Source: the human T2T-CHM13v2.0 reference genome, Homo sapiens. Taken from it: a stretch of DNA of 64,000 nt. Positions 40,740 to 54,097 of this stretch are shown in pieces (within the stretch, counting starts at the first letter, position 1; each line of letters opens with the position of its first letter). The DNA lies in assembly GCF_009914755.1 (NCBI RefSeq), contig NC_060947.1. The stretch is one strand, 5' to 3'. The position numbers and the translations under genes were made by a program. The notes below the pieces were generated by a model. That model did no database searches. It was not told the origin of the DNA and worked only from the letters and a program-made list of their open reading frames with translations.

Positions 40740-43260
40740 CAAGTTTCATTCATGCATATATGGCTAAATTTCTCAGCACTCTATACTAGTTCATTGGCAT
40801 TTTTGCCTCTCCCTACACCAAATATAGCATCATTATTACTTTAGCTTTACAGGTAGTTTTGATATCAGGTAGAGCAGGATCATATGCTTAGTTCTCCCCA
40901 TGTCTCTCAGCTATTTCTTTCCTATTTTTATATTTTCTGAAACAGTTTGTAAAAGGCAAGAATTATCCGATCCTTCAAGATTTGGTAAAACTTTTCTATA
41001 AAACTGCCTGAGGCTAGTGTCTTTGAAGGTAGAAAACTTTTGAATACAGTTCAATGTTACTGATGTTTATTGGTTTGTGGAGGTTTGTGGTTTCTTCAGT
41101 CACTTTTGACACATGTTCTAAGAAAATATTGACTTATAAGTTTTCAAGATTATTGGCATAAAGTTTATTGTAGTTCTATTTTATGATCTTGAAATCTTTA
41201 ATTTACCTATACAATCACTGCATTCCCTTTTTTGTTGCTAAATTTTTTTGTCTTTTCTTGACCATTGTTGATATTTTCTCATTGTATTCATTCTATTTTT
41301 TTCCGAAGAACCAACTTTTGATTTTGTTGATCCTCTCTATAGTTTATTTGTTTTCTTCCAAACTCATTAATTTCTGCTCTTATTTTTACAATTTTCTTCT
41401 TTCTAGATTACTTTATTGTTCTTTTTTCTGGTTTCTTGAGTTGAACACAACTCATTTTTATTCAGTCTTCCTTAATTTTATAATTAATTGTGATTAAGAT
41501 TGTACAATTACCTTGAACGATTACTTTAGCTAGATAACACTAGATTTTGTAATATAGTATTTTTACATAGTATTTTATGATATAAGTTTTTGTTTTACTT
41601 TTAAATAATTTGATAGAAAAGATGCAAAAGTAGTAAAACAATTCCCATTTATCACAAACTAATTCTACAAATGTTGGCATTTTATCCTTTTTGATTTAAC
41701 TTTCTCATTTTCTATCTTCCACACACACATATACACACATAAACACACACAGCTGTGTATGTCTATATGTATGTCCTAAATTGCTTTATTGAAAGAAAGT
41801 TCCTAACATAAACCTCCTTTATGCCTTATAATGTAGTGTGTATTTTCTAAAAACAAGGTCAATCGTTTATATAATTAAAGTACAATGATCAAATATCAGA
41901 AAACTGTCCCTGAAACAGTATTATAATCTACAGCTCTCATTTATACTTCATCAATTGTCCCACTAATACGTTTTGTAGCAAAAGGCTCCTATCCAGAATC
42001 ATGCATTGCATTTAGTTTTCATGTTTCTTTAGTCTACTATAACTGGGAACACTCCCTTGGCATTGCTTTATCTTTCATGATCTTGACAATTTTGAAGAGT
42101 ACAAGCCACTTATTTTGTAGAATGTCCATCAATCTGAGTTTGTTTGCTGTTTCCTCATGGTCATATTTAGGTAGGTTATATAATTTTGGCAGATATATCA
42201 CAGAAATTATGTTGTGTTCTACTTGTATTATATCAGAAGATACATGATGTATATTGGTCTTAACTGGTGATGTTAATTTTGATCACTTGGTTATGGTGGT
42301 GTCTTCCAAGTTTCTCCACTGTAAAGTACTACTTTCCTCTTTGTTATTAATATGTGTCTTATAGAGGGAATATTTTGAAAATATGTAAATATGATATTTC
42401 TGATTCAACTTTAACCAACTAATTTTAGCATCAATTGATAATATTTGCAAGTGGTGATTTTCTGTATTATTCCTACTAAATTTATTAGTTAATTTTCTTG
42501 TGAACAAGTAAAAGATTTCACTCATTCTTCATTTATTTAGTATTTATTTATATTTGTTTGAACTTGTAGATTCTTAGCAGGGCCCAGTAAGGAGAATTGG
42601 GCAGCTGGGGTGCAAAATTTATGGAGGCCCTCACTCTCAGTGTCATTCAAGTGTCTTCTTAAGAGTGATGTGCCTAGGGCCCCTTTTTTTCTGTGTTCGC
42701 TTCTATTTTCAGCCATTCCAATCTAGCAGTTTTATAGTTGTCTCCACCTAGACCTGCAGGTCCTTGTTCCAGAACCAGGTCTCACAGGGTCAATTTGGAG
42801 TTTCTGCCCAGGGGTAATATTGAGGATGTGAAAGATCCTTTCACTGAACAAATGGACAACTTGGCTTATTTTTAAGTATGGGACTGTGTTCTCCTACCTC
42901 CTTATGCCATATCTTGATGGGGGATGATCTTAGCTAACATTTTGCCGCTTCCTTGCATGAGACAAGATGAAGTATTCTGTCTCCCATTCCCAGTTTTTTA
43001 TTATAAGCATTCAGTCAGTCCTGTTCAATGTCAAATACTTTAGCCATCTTACCCATAGAGGACCTAATTCCATAACCTTCATTGTCTGTTATTAGACTGG
43101 GAGTCCAGTAACACTCAGCCTTGCTTAAATTTGAATTTTCTCTTCTATATTTAATCCATGGAGATGCTTGTATGCTATCTAAGATAAGCTATGTCTTTTT
43201 GTTTATCTTTTCTATATTTCACCCATTAACATTGTTGTCTGTAGCAGAGGAGAGAAAGTA
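40740..43260 (-). mobile_element. Old L1M/L1MC fragments, with a MER91-like hAT-Tip100 fragment near 42578-42682
   Basis: T-rich reverse ORF2 remnants (aagaaccaacttttgattttgttgat); L1MC 3'UTR motifs (ttttgtagaatgtccatcaatctgagtttg; gatcacttggttatggtggtgtct). Confidence 0.7.
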
Positions 43261-44623
43261 TATGCCTTCTCAAAATATGTGTTATTTATCTTATTTTTTA
43301 TTCAGAGATAATTAACCTATGAGTATAGAGACACATTATAAATGATTGATCTATCATATTAATTATAATTTTAAAGCCTCCTAAAGAAATGTATATGCTT
43401 TCTCTTTATTTTATTTAGGTATTTAAAATCCAGCTAATAATATATTACAGTGTTAAATAAGGCTTTATATTTCAAATAAGAGAAGCTGGAAAACCAAGCA
43501 CAAACAAGGTAGAAGAGCTCCATAAGAAAGCTTGATTAGCATTGTAAAGTGAAAAAGAAGAAAAGAGTGAAGTGAAATAGTTCTGCTAGGTATTACAAAT
43601 AGAGCTTGGAGCTTCTGTGATAAACACCTAAGAAAGAGAAAGAGGTTATTTTTGTCTTACGTATGCATGCAAATTTTGTTTTCATTAGCAATTATGATAA
43701 CAGATCTCTTTCAGAGGAGAGGCTAATTGTCCATTTATCCAGGTTCTAGCCAACTTTACTATAAAATTAATTATGTGGCATGTGCAGTATATTAGTCATC
43801 TAATAAGCTCATTTTAAGAAAAAACTGGAGGTTGGCATTTTAGACCTTCAAATTTTTTTTTGTTGTGGGCTCAATATTGAAATTAAAGGCATGTTCAATG
43901 TTTTAAATTCCTAAGCTCTCATTTTTTCCAAGGCCTGATTTATGTATCACATAGCTAACATAGTTTTGTGGTGGAAATGTGCAGCTTTAGCTACCTAAGA
44001 CATGTGACTAATTACTCTGGACAGCAATTACATGGACAGATAATCTCCCTTTAATTAAATATCAGACTTAATATCTATAACATTAATGTCGCTTCAGAAA
44101 ATGTAGTGGAAATAATGCAAATGCAAGTATTGTAGAATCATAGATTAGAAAACTATAAATATGAAGCTCAATCTTATTTTAGGACTTATTATCATATATT
44201 CTCACATCCCTTGCTTTTATCTCAAAGCATTTCACTTCAGTAGTTATAGAATGGCAAGACTTTGAGAGATATGAAATCAACACACTGAATGCCTAAAAAT
44301 GATAAATATAGATATTGTACAACTGGAGTCAATGTCTTGCAGTCTAACAAGAGCCCTACAAATACTACAATGCACATGATAGATACATTTTATTTTGAAA
44401 TCTGTTCTGCATTTGATGGCAAATTATTCTGGCTAAAGTAAGATTCCTTTTGTTCAAAAATCTAGCCATGCAAGGAACAGTCACTGTCTTCCACTTAACA
44501 TGGTTACTTTCTCTCTTCCCATTCTCTTTTGCCACTATCTTGGTAGGCCCTTATCATCTGATGCCAGGATTATGATAACCTCTAAGCTAGTCTCACTACT
44601 TTTCCTTTTTACAAAAGGGGTTC

Positions 44624-44992
44624 TGCTATGGTTTGAGTGTTTGTGTCCTCCCAAAATTCATGTTGAAACTTTATCCTCAATGCAATATTATTAAGACGTG
44701 GGGCCTTCAGGAAGTGATAAAGTCATGAGGGCTCCACCCTTGTGAATGAGTTTAGTGCCCTTATAAAAGGACTTGGAACAAGTTCATCCTTTTTTGTCTT
44801 TTCCATCATGCGATGACACAGCAAGAAGGTACCATATTTGAAGCAGACAGCAAGCCTTCACCAGATGCGGAATCTTCCGCTGCCTTAATCTCAGAATTAC
44901 CTGCTTCCAGAATTATGAGCGAAAAATTTATGTTGTTTATACATTACACAGTCTAAGGTAATTTGGCAGAGAAACTTGAGCTGGCTAAGACA
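44624..44992 (+). mobile_element. MSTD-like MaLR solo LTR
   Basis: tgctatggtttgagtgtttgtgtcctcccaaaattcatgttgaaac...ctaagaca; near-TSD ggttc/ggctc. Confidence 0.88.
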
Positions 44993-45091
44993 GGCTCCCA
45001 TTTACTGTACGATTACCATGGGTCAGGCACTGGGTAGAGCATTTTACATATTTTGTCTTGTTTAATCCTCACAGCATCCCTGTGAAGCAAG

Positions 45092-45329
45092 CAGGTTGAG
45101 TAAACTTTATCAGAAATGCCTGAGACCAGAAGCATTTCAAGTTTCAGATTTTTGTTCCTGATTTTGTAATACATGCATTATACTTACCCACTGAGGGTTG
45201 AGCATTTCAAATAAAAAAATCTGAAATCTGAAATGCTCCCATGAGCATTTCCTTTGAGTATCATGTTGGCACTCGAAACGTTTCAGATTTAGGAACATTT
45301 TGGATTTCAGATTTGGAATGTTCAATCTG
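45092..45329. mobile_element. Tigger4a/MER46A MITE inserted in a reverse MIR (45000-45470)
   Basis: caggttgagta...gaccagaag...aatctgaaatctgaaatgctcc...atgagcatttcctttgag...tcaatctg. Confidence 0.85.
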
Positions 45330-45539
45330 TACATTCTATTATCATCTTTATTCTAAAGCTGAAACAATTGAGGGCAAAGAATGAGAGCATATCTTGACTA
45401 ACGTCACACAGCTAATCAATGACAGGGCCTGGCACTGGCTTCAGACTCAAGTCTCTGGGGCCTGTGCCTATTCCCCCATTCTTGGGCTATAGAAATAGCA
45501 TCTTAACTCACCCAATTTCTGCCATTTAATTCGTCCTTG

Positions 45540-46800
45540 TTTTCTAATGCCTGAGAATCTTCCTAAAATACAGCTCTCATTATCTCAATTCTGCCTTCTC
45601 ATGAAATTTGACTAACTCCCCAATGTCAATAGGCTAGAATCTCAGAATACTTGCAATCTGGGCCCAGTGGACCTTTTCAATACTACTGTAAATTCTCTGT
45701 TCCAGCCACACATCTATTCATGGTCCCTGGGCCAGGCCTTATGCTTGTCTACCTCCGCATGTTTGGTCATGCTACTCACCCACATCTGGCTATATTATCT
45801 TGCTTAGTTTCTGTTTCCTAATCTACAAACTGGGAATAATGATATTGCTCTGGTAAGACCCAGTCATAACTAATTTAAAGTACCTAGTGCAATGCCTGGC
45901 ACATAGCAGCCTCTAAGTGAAAGAAGGTTCTGTGTATTCAAGTTTTAGGTATCCCTCAATGATGCACTTAATCACTTCCTCTTCCATGGAGCCATTCATG
46001 GACATCCCAGTCAGAAATGGTATCTCCTTCTTCCACAGGACTACTTCTTCTCCTTCCTCTTCTTCCTCCTCTGTCCTTACTCTAGTCCTCCTCTTTCTCT
46101 CCTTTCCACCTGCTTCTTTTTCATTGCTCACATGGCACTTATTGCACTAGGCTTTGTATTTTAGTGATTCATATCTAGGGCCCCTTCCCCACAGATTAGA
46201 ACACAAATTCATAATGAGCAAGGATGCCGTTTTGTTCATCTTTGTAGCTTCCTTGAAGGCTAGTGTTTTAGAATCAGAAAAATTGGTATTTGAGTTTCAG
46301 CTCTGCACCATACAAGTTAGATGACCTTGGGGGAAGTTATTCCGCACACCAGTTTCTCAATCTTGATGACAGGTGATAACAGTACTTACCTCTTAAGGCT
46401 TCTGTGAGATTATTTTTTTAAATGAAGCACTCCACACAGAACTGGACACAATATTTTCAGGAATATACTGTAAAATTTCCGTAGTGATCTGATATATCCA
46501 CAACAATGCACCTAACTTTTTAGGTTGATCCATAACTGGGTTTAATGGCTAAGAGCACTGGCTCTGGAATTAAACTACTTAGATTCAGTCTCAGCATTGC
46601 CTCCTACTGTCTGTCCTTGAGAAAATTAGTTTCTCTGAACCTCAATTTCCTCTTCTGTTAAATAGGTAGGATGATAATAATACTTTATTTCCCACATGAC
46701 TGTTTTGAGGTTTGACACTACTGCCAGCAAAGCATCTACAACAATATTCCAGCACATTGCAGATGCTTGATCCTGTCACTTAATTGATGCTCAGTAAAAA
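45540..46800 (+). mobile_element. L2 fragments interleaved with MIRs
   Basis: L2-like tcttcctaaaatacagctctcattat...; MIR cores at 45800-45915, 46260-46450 and 46535-46800. Confidence 0.6.
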
Positions 46801-48319
46801 TCAGTATACGTGTGCATGTGCGTGTGTGTGTGTGTGTGTGTATTGGTAGTGGGAGTGGGTTTGCAGTGTCTGCCATACTCTCTTGTCTTTCTCAGGGTAA
46901 TGGTTGGCCCTGAGCATGTCAATATGGAGCACTTAGTAATTTGGGGGGAGGTAATGACATAAAACTACTTTTGCCATTATGCTTCTTTGAGAAGCATGGC
47001 TTTCTCTGTTTTCCCGCTTCCCAAGGTGAAAACTAACGCACACAGCAGCTGTCTGATCCCCAGTACTATCATAGTCAGAACTCCAAACCAAAGCCATGTG
47101 TGGTTTTAGCCTCATTAGCATATATGGCTTTGATATCAGAGGACTAGAGAGTCTATTTGCATTCACTGTTCCTAAGAAGAATCAAGCTATAATCCACATA
47201 CCATGTGTTTTAGTTGTAAAGAGAAAAACACGCCAGGAAACTATTAATTTCTCCCAGCCAAAATGACCTCTTATTTCAAAACAGGGGCCCACTAATGCTT
47301 CTTGGAAAATTATAGTTCTGTTGCTAGAGTGCCCCTTCATCTGGAAGCAAAATTGCCCATTCATATGGTTGAGCAAGGATGAATAAAACATGCTGGTAGT
47401 GAAATTCACTAGGTATGAGGTTCTATTTAATTTCATTCCACTGTGTCAGCACATTGTGTGGAGATAAGTTTCCCAGACTGCCACAGGGTTTTGCTATTAA
47501 ATACTTAAAATAGCAGAGATTTGGTAGCTTGTTGCTTCCTATCATGTTGAAGCAGGCTTGTATCCAAGTATAGTGTGTAAAAGTAGAAGTGCCCCTGCTT
47601 ATCAAGAGTATGTGTAAGGTTGAAACATTGAAAATAATGCCTCTCTACTTAGAAGCCTCTGTAGTTTTGGTACAAATCTAAGGATCTCAGGTTTAGGTCA
47701 GCTTCTCAGCATATCAGCTACTTCCTGAAAGGCATTCTTTGTACAAAGTAGAATCATTATTTGCAAATCTCTCAGGTAGTATTTTGTCCAGTAAGACAAT
47801 AAATTACTCCTCCAATAGTCCCCATTTGATGATACAAAAATTAACAAGGCAGAAGAACTCACTACCCTATCATAGCAACAGGATAATTGTCATCATCATT
47901 CTGACTATTTGCTATTATTTACTGAATGCTGATTTTTCTTGACAGGCACTTTTCAACATGCAACTCTGGGAGACGGGTATTATGAGTTCTACTTTCGTTA
48001 CCAGCTACTTGACCTTGGATAAGTTATTTTACCTCTCACTTCTTCTACCTACTCATTGGTAAAACGGTGTTTGTGATAACTTTTTGTCCCCACAGTTACA
48101 AACATACACAGGGATATACACAGATGTCAGAGAATTAAACCAATTATTTGCCACTCTGCTTGTGAGCAAACTTGATCTATTACTGAAAGCCTTTTGACAG
48201 TGCTAGGCACTCCAAAATTAGGGCCGAAATTGCCAACTGTATGCACATTCCTACAGTGGATTCTTAGTTTAACTGCTTTGCCTCCTGAAGACTTGAAACA
48301 AGGTACTTAACCTCTCTGG

Positions 48320-48545
48320 GATGGCTCTGGAGACACACTAACTGGGTTTGAATCCTAGTTCTGCCATTTACTAAACTTGTGACTTTAAATAGACTATTTA
48401 AAATTGTTGTGTCTCATTCATATCTTACTGTCTTTATCTATGAAATGTAGTATCTATCTCATAGTGTTCTTTGGAGGATAAAGGAGAATACACACTAAGC
48501 ACTTAGCACAATGCTTGTCCTGTAGCATGTGCTTAATAAGTTTCC
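48320..48545 (+). mobile_element. MIR SINE
   Basis: ctgggtttgaatcctagttctgccatttacta...aagcacttagcacaatgc. Confidence 0.8.
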
Positions 48546-48548
48546 ATT

Positions 48549-48852
48549 GGCCAGGTGCAGCAGCTCACGCCTGTAATCTCAGCACTTTGGGAGGGCAAGG
48601 TGGGAAGAACGCTTGAGGCCAGAAGTTTGAGTCCAGCCTAGGCAACACAGAAAGACATGGTCTCTACAAAAAATTTAAAAATTAGCCGGGTGTGGTGACA
48701 TGCTCCTGTAGTTCTAGCTACTCAGGAGGCTGAGGCTAAGAGGATCACTTGAGCTCACAAGTTCAAGGTTACAGGGAGCTATGATCCTGCCACTGCATTC
48801 TACCATGGGCAACAGAGCCAGCATCTGTCTTCTAAAACAAAACAAAACAAAG
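48549..48852 (+). mobile_element. AluJo-like
   Basis: Forward dimer with J diagnostics; TSD aataa(g/a)tttccatt. Confidence 0.93.
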
Positions 48853-49351
48853 AATAAATTTCCATTGTCACTGTTGTGATTTTCTGTACAATGTGGATAA
48901 AAGTACTTAATCTGTGTGCCTTATTGGGTTGTTGCAAGGGCATTGCATGGAGGATATCATGACAGTTTCAAATAGACAGTATTTAAAATTCAGTCTCCAA
49001 GCCAGAAGATACTCTAAGTGCTCAGTTACTTTTACTTCTCTTCCCTACTCAAGCATGCCAATCCCACAAATGGAATATAGCTGCAAATATTGCATCCATG
49101 TAAAAACCTTGTAGTAGGCAGACACCCCTTGATGTCTGTCCTGCAGGTCATCCCTCATGGTAGCCATGTATTGTTGTAGATGGCATCTAGCCCCACCTCA
49201 GGTTTCCTGAGATGCCCACACCCCTTCTGATTTAGTAGGGTTGAAGCCTACCCCTTTATTACTCCCCTTATTCCCAAGACACAGCTCTTAAAATACTTAA
49301 AAAAATTTCAAATCTATTTTGTATTCAATGACCATATAAGAAAGATGCCTC

Positions 49352-49490
49352 GGTTGGGTGCAGTGGCTCTTGCCTGTAAACCCAGCACTTTGGGAGGCTG
49401 AGGCAGAAGGATTGCTTGAGCCCAGGAGTTTGAGACCAGCCTGGGCAACATAGAGAGACCCCGTCTCTAAAATAAAAAAGAAAAAGAAAA
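49352..49490 (+). mobile_element. FLAM (Alu left monomer)
   Basis: Single arm with A tail; TSD aagaaa(g/a)atgcctc. Confidence 0.9.
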
Positions 49491-49559
49491 AAGAAAAATG
49501 CCTCTAGTATTTGGTTCAACCAATTATAAAGTATATTAAAGTCAATTATGGCTAATTAA

Positions 49560-50060
49560 AATAGATATTCTCAAGAATCCATTAAATTTGACAATATTTG
49601 TGAAGGGCCTTAAACATGTATATATGTTTCAAACAGTAATTCTACTAGGAATTTATGATGAGGAAATAGTTGATCAAAATATAGTCAAATGAATTCATAG
49701 TAGAATTATTTGGAATTGTTTTTTGTAATAGCAAGAAATGAAACCAGAAAAATGTCCGGTAATAAAGGACTGGTTAAATAAATTATGGTACAATTGAATG
49801 ACATGCCACCATGAAAATGTTTTTAACAAAACTGAATGACTTGAAAATATGCTTATAATAAGACGTTAAATGTTAAAAACCAGAGTAAAAAACCATGAAT
49901 AAAACCTGTCCATTTAAAAAATATATATCTATGTATCCCTCAGGGATGACAATTTGGAGAAGATATCAAATGCAATAGATATCTCTAGGTTAAGAAATTA
50001 TAGATCATTTTTATTCTTTTTGGTTTTTTCATTATACTTTATCTTCCTCAAGTTTGTTCT
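49560..50060 (+). mobile_element. L1ME-type 3' end
   Basis: agtaattctactaggaatttat...ggactggttaaataaattatggtaca. Confidence 0.65.
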
Positions 50061-50087
50061 AATGGTCATGCATGGAAACAGGATTTG

Positions 50088-50315
50088 GAGGCAGTAGTGC
50101 ACAGGGTCCAGAGTCAGAAGACCCAGGCCCTGATTCTAGTACTGCCATTTCCTAGTTATGTAACTTTGAACAGGATGCTGAATTTCTTTGTACCTCAGTT
50201 TCTTTCTATGTTAAATGGAAATCATAATATTTACCACCAAAAGTTGCGGTCCATGCATGCAAAACACTGAGCCCAGCACTAGCTGGTAGTATAGACTCAA
50301 AAGTATGCCATTATT
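50088..50315 (+). mobile_element. MIR SINE
   Basis: gagtcagaagacccagg...ctgccatttcctagttatgtaactttg...cctcagtttc. Confidence 0.8.
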
Positions 50316-50479
50316 ATCATAATCAGAAAGAAAAAGTTATTTTAAAAATAGCTCTGGACTTCAATACCTAAAGTTGGCCATAGGCACTAGGCGTTTTGTT
50401 TGCCTGGAAGTTTATTGGGTAAGAAAACATGAGCAAAGCAAAGAACGTGCTTAAATTAAGGCCTCATTTAAAACACATC

Positions 50480-51200
50480 ACTTAAGAGTTGCCTTGGATG
50501 AAAATGAAGTTACACTCTGATTCTCCTATGGGAAGAAAAACCAGTTTCTTTCAGTTTGAGCATAGAGCACGGAAAACCAGATCCAAGTTCCCTGGGATAT
50601 TCATTGAGAATGTGTACTTTATGAACACATGGCATGTTTTCACCATATCCTCCATTCAGATATTTTATGAGATGGTGATGGTGTGAATTGTCTCTGCATT
50701 GTGCCAGATAGACTCCACATCTCTCCTCAGTAATCCTTTTCAGATAAGCCATGCCAGGCTGCATTATGCATGTCTAACAGCTTCCTTATACAAACTCAGA
50801 GTACCAAAAGACACCGGACATGTGACAGCACAACCTGGACTGTAAGTAGCTCATCAATCACTCTCCAAAAACCTGGGCAAGGACAATAATTTCCTTCTTC
50901 TCCAGGAAGTAATCAACTGTGGGTAAGATAATCCAGAGTCCTTTTGAGACGCCAATTTCAAAACCCAGTGTCAGGTCAGAAAGAAGAAGATGGATTGAGT
51001 TTACACATGGGTGGAAATGTAGACAGTTCACCAAAGCATTGTAGATAGAGAAAGCAGTATCCAACATAGACTAAGGTCATAGTGAAGTAAATGACCGAAG
51101 ATAACATGCCAGACCAGATGTAAGGCGAAGAATCAGAGACTGAGGATTCACTCTAAGATTGGAGATAGCTCGATGCACACAAAAAAAGGCTAGACAAACA
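50480..51200 (-). mobile_element. Probable ancient RTE-X (L4-like) LINE reverse-transcriptase fossil
   Basis: Minus-strand peptide MLDTAFSIYNALVNCLHFHPCVNSIHLLLSDLTL...SKGLWIILPTVDYFLEKKEIIV follows the order LFNLYINDL..L...HPP...I..LLYADD.VL....GL...L..Y....KTKIIVF of RTE-X RT domains. Confidence 0.45.
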
Positions 51201-51404
51201 AAAAAGATACTAAGAAATTTGTGTGAAAATTGGTAGGGCACAGTAGTGCACATTTCTGCTTGTTTTATTCAGGAACAAGCTGAGTATCCTCAACAACTTC
51301 AAGAAAGCCCCCTGGGAAGAAAACTCCCAAACCCAAATAACTGCCCTACAAAATGATGCAAAAACACAATGCAACTGTAAGTGCTCACTAGACTTACTAA
51401 TGGC

Positions 51405-51703
51405 TGTGAGTAATCACCGGTATCCATGGTCTTTTCTTCTTGGGTACACAGCTAGATTACATTTTGTAGCCACTCTTGCAGCTAGATATGGCCATGTGAC
51501 TGAGTGATGGCAAATAGAATGTGGGTGGAAGTGACACATCACTTCCAAGCTGACCCCCAAAACCTACTACATGCAGCAGCTCCCCCACCCTAGTCCCTGT
51601 GGAAGTTCATTAGACTATCAGAGAAAAACTAACTTTTATTCCATTCAGCCACTGGGTCTTTGAGGGTAGTTTTTTTATAGCAGTTAGTCTACCCTGATTA
51701 TGC
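51405..51703 (+). mobile_element. Old MLT1 (I/J-like) LTR
   Basis: tggccatgtgactgagt...agaatgtgggtggaagtgac...acttcc; ...agccactg...ttatagcagttagtct. Confidence 0.7.
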
Positions 51704-52682
51704 AACTGATCATATTGTTCCCTTCCTCCATATTTGAGCACCACAATTATATTCCAAAGTTATGTCTCTTAACTATGCTTTGACTATCTTTTCCTTTTAA
51801 AATTTTCTTCTTATTATTGATATAAAACAATACATGCTCAGTGCAAGAAATATGAGAAGCACTGGACAAAACAAAGAAGACAACAAAGATCATTCATAAT
51901 TATCATCTACCATTCAGAGATAATTAAGGCTGACATTTTGGTTCATGTCCTGCCAATATATTTTCAGGATTGTTTATATATGTATATATTTCAAAACTGG
52001 AACCAGTGCGCACATCATGTACATTCAATACATATACTTCCCCATCATAATTTTACAGCTATGTAGGAAATTATTTAATAAAAATAACATTAACCTTTCC
52101 ATTTATGACAAACAACCAGTTAGGAAATATAATCAAAGAAAACAACCCATCTAAAAAATAGCAACAGAAATGATTCTTACTAAAACAATTCTGGCAAGAA
52201 TATTTATAAATTTCGACAATCCAAATAAAATACAGTAGGGCTTCATTTTCAATCAGCCACACTATAAAGTTCAAATTGAAATATAACTTGTCAGAAACCT
52301 AAGGGAAATTCTGAAAAAGAAGTGTATTGAGAGTATGCTAGCAATAACACCTATTAAAATACCATAAATCTTATGTAATTAAAGTTTGATATCAGTATAT
52401 AAATAGACAAATCAAGGAAACAGAACAGAGAGCCTAGGAATAGGCACACACACACACGCACACACACACACACACACACATATATATAAAATATATGTAA
52501 TTTAGTTTATTATGAGGGAAGCATTTCAAATCAACAAGGAGAAATAAATTATTCAACAAGTAGTATTGGGCCAACTGCCTAACCACTTGAAAAAAAATAA
52601 AGTTAAATACTTGCTTCACTTCTTATACCAAAATAAATACCAGATGGGTAAAAATTATAAATGTTTGTTTTAAAAATGATAC

Positions 52683-54097
52683 TGAGAGGTGACAGCGTGC
52701 TGGCAGTCCTCACAGCCCTCGCTCACTCTCGGTGCCTCCTCTGCCTGGGCTCCCACTTTGGCGACACTTGAGGAGCCCTTCAGCCCGCCACTGCACTGTG
52801 GGAGCCCCTTCCTGGGCTGGCCGAGCCCAGAGCCGGCTTGCTGGGAGGTGTGGAGGGAGAGGTGCGAGCGGGAACCGGGGCTATGCGCGGCGCTTGCGGG
52901 CCAGCTGGAGTTCTGGGTGGACATGGGCTTGGCGGCCCCGTACTTGGAGAGGCCCGCCGGCCCTGCCAGCCCCGGGCAATGAGGGGCTTAGCACCTGGGC
53001 CAGCGGCTGCGGAGGATGTGCTGGGTCCCCCAGCAGTGCTGGCCCACTGGCTCTGCGCTCCATTTCTCTCTGGGCCTTAGCTGCCTCCCCGTGGGGCAGG
53101 GCTCGGGACCTGCAGCCCACCATGCCTGAGCCTCCCCCTCCGCCGTGGGCTCCTGTGCGGCCCAAGCCTCCCGGATGAGCGCTCCGCCCCCTGCTCGACG
53201 GCGCCCAGTCCCATCGACCACCCAAGGGCTGAGGAGTGCGGGTGCACCGTGCGGGACTGGCAGGCAGCTCCACCTGCGGCCCCGGTGGGGGATCCACTGG
53301 GTGAAGCTAGCTGGGCTCCTGAGTCTGGTGGGGACTTGGAGAACCTTTATGTCTAGCTAAGGGATTGTAAATACACCAATTGGCACTCTGTATCTAGCTC
53401 AAGGTTTGTAAACACACCAATCAGCACCCTGTGTCTAGCTCAGGGTTTGTGAATGCACCAATCAACACTGTATCTAGCTACTCTGGTGGGGACTTGGAGA
53501 ACCTTTGTGTCCACACTCTGTATCTAGCTAATCTAGTGGGGAAGTGGAGAACCTTTGTGTCTAGCTCAGGGATTGTAAACGCACCAATCAGCACCCTGTC
53601 AAAACAGACCACTCTGCTGTCTGTAAAATGGACCAATCAACAGGATGTGAGTGGGGCCAGATAAGAGAATAAAAGCAGGCTGCTTGAGCCAGCAGCGGCA
53701 ACGCGCTCGGGTCCCCTTCCACACTGTGGAAGCTTTGTTCTTTCGCTCTTTGCAATAAATCTTGCTGCTGCTCACTCTTTGGGTCCACACTGCCTTTATG
53801 AGCTGTAACACTCACCGCGAAGGTCTGCAGCTTCACTCCTGAAGCCACCCACCTGGAGGAAGAAACTCCAGACGCGCCACCTTAAGAGCTGTAACACTCA
53901 CTAGGAAGGTCCGCAGCTTCACTCCTGAGCCAGCGAGACCACGAACCCACCAGAAGGAAGAAACTCTGAACACATCCGAACATCAGAAGGAACAAACTCC
54001 AGATATGCCACCTTTAAGAACTGTAACACTGACCGCGAGGGTCTGTGGCTTCATTCTTGAAGTCAGTGAGACCAAGAACCCACCAACTCCGGACACA
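52683..54097 (+). mobile_element. LTR12C-type (ERV9/HERV9) solo LTR
   Basis: tgagaggtgacagcgtgctggcagtcctcacagccctcgctc...ccaagaacccaccaactccggacaca; perfect 4-bp TSD atac; CpG-rich. Confidence 0.96.
53300..53760 (+). promoter_or_regulatory. LTR12 U3 enhancer/promoter: tandem tctagct/caccaatc repeats, GATA site, AATAAA TATA-like box, polyA signal
   Basis: CCAAT at 53376, 53417, 53458, 53584 and 53633; AGATAAG 53659-53665; AATAAA at 53668 and 53754. Confidence 0.8.

Noticed and set aside
45913-46131. Acidic/basic ORF (EEEEEEGEE)
   Set aside because: Translation of a pyrimidine-rich simple tract within L2/MIR debris.
52670-53848. Cluster of overlapping GC-rich ORFs up to 148 aa; apparent CpG island
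   Set aside because: Entirely within the LTR12C LTR; stop-poor because of GC content.
53810-54060. Repeated gcagcttcactcctga / ctgtaacactcac units resembling a spacer array
   Set aside because: Normal internal tandem repeats of the LTR12 U5 region.
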